This document shows positions 8,375 to 11,410 of a stretch of 11,410 nucleotides of DNA, one piece after another. Source of the stretch: Pseudomonadota bacterium. GTDB lineage: Bacteria; Bdellovibrionota_B; Oligoflexia; Oligoflexales; CAIMVM01. Location: contig JBAXBA010000106.1 in assembly GCA_037142195.1 (NCBI GenBank), positions 1-11,410 on the forward strand. Reading direction: 5' to 3'. Under the pieces are notes generated by a model. The model was given only the letters and a program-made list of their open reading frames with translations, searched no databases and was not told the origin of the DNA. The position numbers were made by a program, and so were the translations under genes. Position 1 is the first letter of the stretch. Each line of letters opens with the position of its first letter.

Positions 8375-8656
8375 ATGGAAAACACAAACCCCAAACAACT
8401 GCGCGCCGAGCTCAAGAATTTCCTCGACCTTGCAAGCGCAGAGCCGGTGCGCATTCAGCGCCGCACTGGCGAGGCATTTGTTCTCATGAATGAGTCGCAG
8501 TACGCGCAAATGCAAAACGAGATATTATCGCTACAGCGACGGCTGCTCGGCATGTCTGACGCTCTTTCGGGCAAGGGTAAAGAGTATGTTCCCGGCAGCG
8601 GCGCACGTATGAAGCGCTTTTCCAACGCTAAAGCCAAGAAGAAAAAAGCTTCATGA
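8375..8656 (+). CDS. Type II TA Phd/YefM-family antitoxin
   Basis: 93 aa from ATG 8375 with SD GGAGGG at 8359-8364. QLRAELKNFLDLASAEPVRIQRRTGEAFVLMNESQY fits the Phd/YefM N-terminal pattern. ATGA overlap with the next gene. Confidence 0.85.
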   Translation: MENTNPKQLRAELKNFLDLASAEPVRIQRRTGEAFVLMNESQYAQMQNEILSLQRRLLGMSDALSGKGKEYVPGSGARMKRFSNAKAKKKKAS

Positions 8657-8991
8657 AGATTATTCTTACAGAGGCCTATGAGCGCACTCTTGAACAAATC
8701 GAAGATTTCATCTTTGCTGGTTCACATGAAATAGAATTGGTGGAGCGGTTTTTACACGATCACGACCTAGTTCTCCAATTTCTTCTCGATAATCCAGATA
8801 CGCCTGCGGTTCATCCTGTAACCGGTGATCAGTCTTGGGTGTTTGGCGACGGGCGATATCGGATTTTCTTTCGCGTGGTTATCAACCGGCTATCAGGCGT
8901 CATATATATGGTGCACATTATCGATAACAGAGCAGCAAACCTCGAGGTCTATCCCGGAAATTCCCTTCCAACTTACGAAATTGATGAATAG
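8653..8991 (+). CDS. Type II TA RelE/ParE-like toxin
   Basis: 112 aa. Pattern MKIILTEAY..TLEQIEDFI...LLDNP...RYRIFFRV...IYMVHIIDNR fits the RelE/ParE fold. Translationally coupled to the antitoxin. Confidence 0.75.
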   Translation: MKIILTEAYERTLEQIEDFIFAGSHEIELVERFLHDHDLVLQFLLDNPDTPAVHPVTGDQSWVFGDGRYRIFFRVVINRLSGVIYMVHIIDNRAANLEVYPGNSLPTYEIDE

Positions 8992-9149
8992 CATGAATAT
9001 GCGAGTTTTAAGTTTTCGTATGCGGCGAGTGGGAAACTGAGTTGTAAAGAAGCAAAATGTGAAGAGAAAAAAATACTAAAAGGCGTCGTCCTTCAAATGA
9101 ATTCCTTTCGAAACTTTTTGACTGAAAATTCGTTCACCTGCGCCGTCTA

Positions 9150-9234
9150 AAGAGATAGTAAAGTAAAATTGATTAATATTCGGCCGGATTACTTTTTGAA
9201 ATCCTGAATTAGAGTGCGCCTAAAATTTGTCCAC
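9150..9234 (-). repeat. Right copy of long imperfect inverted repeat flanking the TA operon
   Basis: The reverse complement aligns ungapped to 8180-8264 at 64/85 nt. Weaker similarity extends to about 9138-9292. Confidence 0.85.
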
Positions 9235-9517
9235 GGGCGACTCTCTAAGAAATTTGAAGCCTTTTCCACTGAGTATTCGTTTAATAAGTGCTAGAATAAT
9301 TTGAATTGACGCAGGGGGATTATTTAAATGGTCAAAGCTAATAAAAAGAACAATATTATTGAAGAGATCAGTTTAGGCGCAGATGAACTATTTTCTTTTT
9401 CTATTGCGAACCAATCTAAGTTATTGAAACTGATTGCCAGCTGATGTTTACTTTGGAGGGCGCACTTCAAACAAGCTGTATGGTGTTCAAAATAAACATC
9501 AATTGTAAGGTAAACCT

Positions 9518-9784
9518 ATGCCTAGGATAAGTGAGTTTTTTGGTATCTTCATTTATATGTACTGGTTTGACAACCAAAAGCATAATCTACCGCATTTTCA
9601 TGCTAGATATCAAGGCAATGAAGCTGTATTTGGACTTGATGGATCATCCATCGAGGGAAGTATTGGAAGACGGGCTGAAAGACTCATAAAAGAATGGGCA
9701 GTAGAGAACAAAAGTGATATCTAAAAGTCCTGGCGACTAGCCATCGACGGAAAGGAACTTCCATGGGTAACACCGCTCCAATAA
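9518..9784 (+). pseudogene. DUF4160 (DhiT-like) toxin with premature stop
   Basis: MPRISEFFGIFIYMYW..HNLPHFHARY is the DUF4160 signature. After TAA at 9722-9724 the same frame continues KSWRLAIDGKELPWVTPLQ* (TAA 9782-9784), the expected C-terminus. Confidence 0.85.
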
Positions 9785-10029
9785 TTGCTAAGATTTTTGT
9801 CCCTGCGTACAAGAAAATTATTTTAGAGACTCCTGACGGATATAGATACCATTCTGATTTGAGTTCACTGTCTGCTGTCTATTGTTTTCCAAAGAATGAA
9901 GATGAGTGGAAGAAATGCAGCATCGATAGTTATGGTTTAGGCATTATTTGGTCGTCGCGGTTTGAGGTTCATTCAGATCAAGTTGTTGGATTAGCAAACA
10001 AGATAGAGAAGCCGGCACAGGCAGTCTAA
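9763..10029 (+). CDS. DUF2442-like (DhiA-like) antitoxin
   Basis: 88 aa, overlapping the reconstructed DUF4160 3' end. GLGIIWSSRFEV resembles the G..I.W motif of DUF2442. The DUF4160-DUF2442 gene pairing is canonical. Confidence 0.7.
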   Translation: MGNTAPIIAKIFVPAYKKIILETPDGYRYHSDLSSLSAVYCFPKNEDEWKKCSIDSYGLGIIWSSRFEVHSDQVVGLANKIEKPAQAV

Positions 10030-10177
10030 ATCGTCTCAAATAGCATGGTTATTTGCTGGGCGCCCTGCGTCAAATTCACACATTTTCCAATAATTTCGGC
10101 GAATTTTCCCCTGGTCCTAACAAACAGCTCGATCAATCCGATAGGCCTTTTAATGCATTTTAGTTTGATTGGATTGG

Positions 10178-11376
10178 ATGGAAAGATCAGAGTACCGGCG
10201 TTATGACCCTCGGCTTAAAAATCTTGTCGCAGCTTCTGACGACATTCGTAAGTTCTTGAAGTTTGGGAATTCTCTATCAACTCTTAGGGAGTGGAAGAAG
10301 AATGGAGTACGGGATTTTTTTTCGATTCCTGATGTCGAATTGAACACATCCGAGCTTATCTCTGAAGCTTATCTCTGAAAATATGGCTTTAAAAGCAAAG
10401 TTTGCGGTGGTTACTGCTGAACATGGACTCGTACTGACTACAATAAAAATTTTTGGTTTTCAAATTCAGTATAAAAGACCTCCCTCCTCAGGAGCTAAGG
10501 AGAAGATTCTCACTGCAATTAAAGCTGCCTCTGATTCGATTCCACTTTCGGAGTGCCTTTCTGCCATTGGACTAACCTCAGCCAGATATCACAATTGGCT
10601 AAAACGAGAGGTCAAATGTTTACTTGAAGATAGACCAAACTGCCCTAGAGTTTCTCCTACCCAATTGATTCGGTCTGAAATCAGAAAGATTCAGGACCTT
10701 TATACATCTAAAGATTTTAGCCACTATAGTATTCAATCTCTAGCCTGGCTAGGGAAAAAGAGCGGTGAAGTAATGGCATCTCCTTCAACATGGTCAAGAG
10801 TGATTCGGGAGCTTGGCCTCAATAAAAATAGAATTCGAATCTATCCCCCTAAGCCAAAGTTTGGTATCAGGGCTTCTGCTTCTGGTCAGATCTGGCATTT
10901 AGACCAAACTATTCTGAGGCTTGGTGATGGCAGCAAGGCATTTGTTCAATGTATTATCGATAATTATTCGAGGGAGGTCCTAGCGTGGAAAGTATCTAAA
11001 GACTACGGTGGCGCAAAAACCAAAGAACTTATAGAGAAGGCCTTAGTAAAAGCTAGGTATTTGGGGCTACACATAAAACCCAATATTCTAGTCGATAGCG
11101 GATGTGAGAACATCAATCAAGAAGTAGATGTTCTTGTCGATTCAGAGGCCATCGCGAGGACGATTGCCCAGATCGACATTGAACAAAGTAACTCAATGGT
11201 AGAAATGCTTTTCCATAGAATGAAACACCGTTATCTGTTTACCATTTTCCTGTCTAATTTTGAATCGTTAGTAAAAGCTACTGATTTCTATCTTAATGAA
11301 AGTAACACCTATATCCCCCATTCCGCTTTAAAGGGGGCTACTCCTGAAGAAATCATTACTGGCAGCTGGACCGAAC
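10178..11376 (+). pseudogene. DDE (rve/integrase core) transposase, frameshifted and 3'-interrupted by an IS
   Basis: Removing a 13-bp duplication (10353-10378) joins MERSEYRRYDPRLK... to an open frame containing QIWHLDQT, IIDNYSR, LVDSGCEN, NSMVEMLF and PHSALKGATPEE (D-D-E triad). The frame runs into the IS end at 11377. Confidence 0.9.
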
Positions 11377-11410
11377 CTACTGTTCCGGCAAATGTGCCTG
11401 ACCTAATATA
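11377..11410 (+). mobile_element. Terminal sequence of an insertion sequence (copy 2)
   Basis: CTACTGTTCCGGCAAATGTGCCTGACCTAATATA is the reverse complement of 1-34 at 33/34 nt. Confidence 0.75.

Noticed and set aside
7623..9040. ORFs 7623-7826, 7667-7879, 8245-8493, 8455-8697, 8825-9040 and the TTG start at 8285
   Set aside because: They are alternate frames over the integrase remnant or the TA operon. The antitoxin start at 8375 is supported by its SD, promoter and operator.
3133..9724. Stop-codon reassignment or read-through suggested by several in-frame stops (TGA 3133, TAA 6912, TAA 9722, plus TAG at 32)
   Set aside because: Different codons are involved, frameshifts co-occur, intact genes end normally on TAA, TAG and TGA, and the TAG at 32 belongs to an IS end.

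Overview
Accessory, decaying island-like region from an AT-rich bacterium; the secreted hydrolase and lipoprotein style suggests Bdellovibrionota/Oligoflexia (inference). Both window ends carry the same 33-34 bp IS-like terminal sequence in inverted orientation. One copy truncates a PAS-histidine kinase gene and the other interrupts a DDE transposase gene, so the window is probably a contig broken at IS copies. The left half has the kinase, an M28 aminopeptidase, and an M23-peptidase lipoprotein followed by a secreted hypothetical protein; their predicted promoter contains a T12 tract. The right half has a solo IS21-type end, a disrupted AbiEi/AbiEii type IV TA pair, a tyrosine-integrase remnant, and a tRNA-Pro(UGG) 3' fragment (att site). 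These are followed by an intact Phd/YefM-RelE/ParE-like TA operon, a DUF4160/DUF2442 TA pair with a nonsense-mutated toxin, and a frameshifted DDE transposase. The most unusual signal is the intact TA operon: it is bracketed by 85-150 bp imperfect inverted repeats, and its toxin is acidic while its antitoxin is basic.
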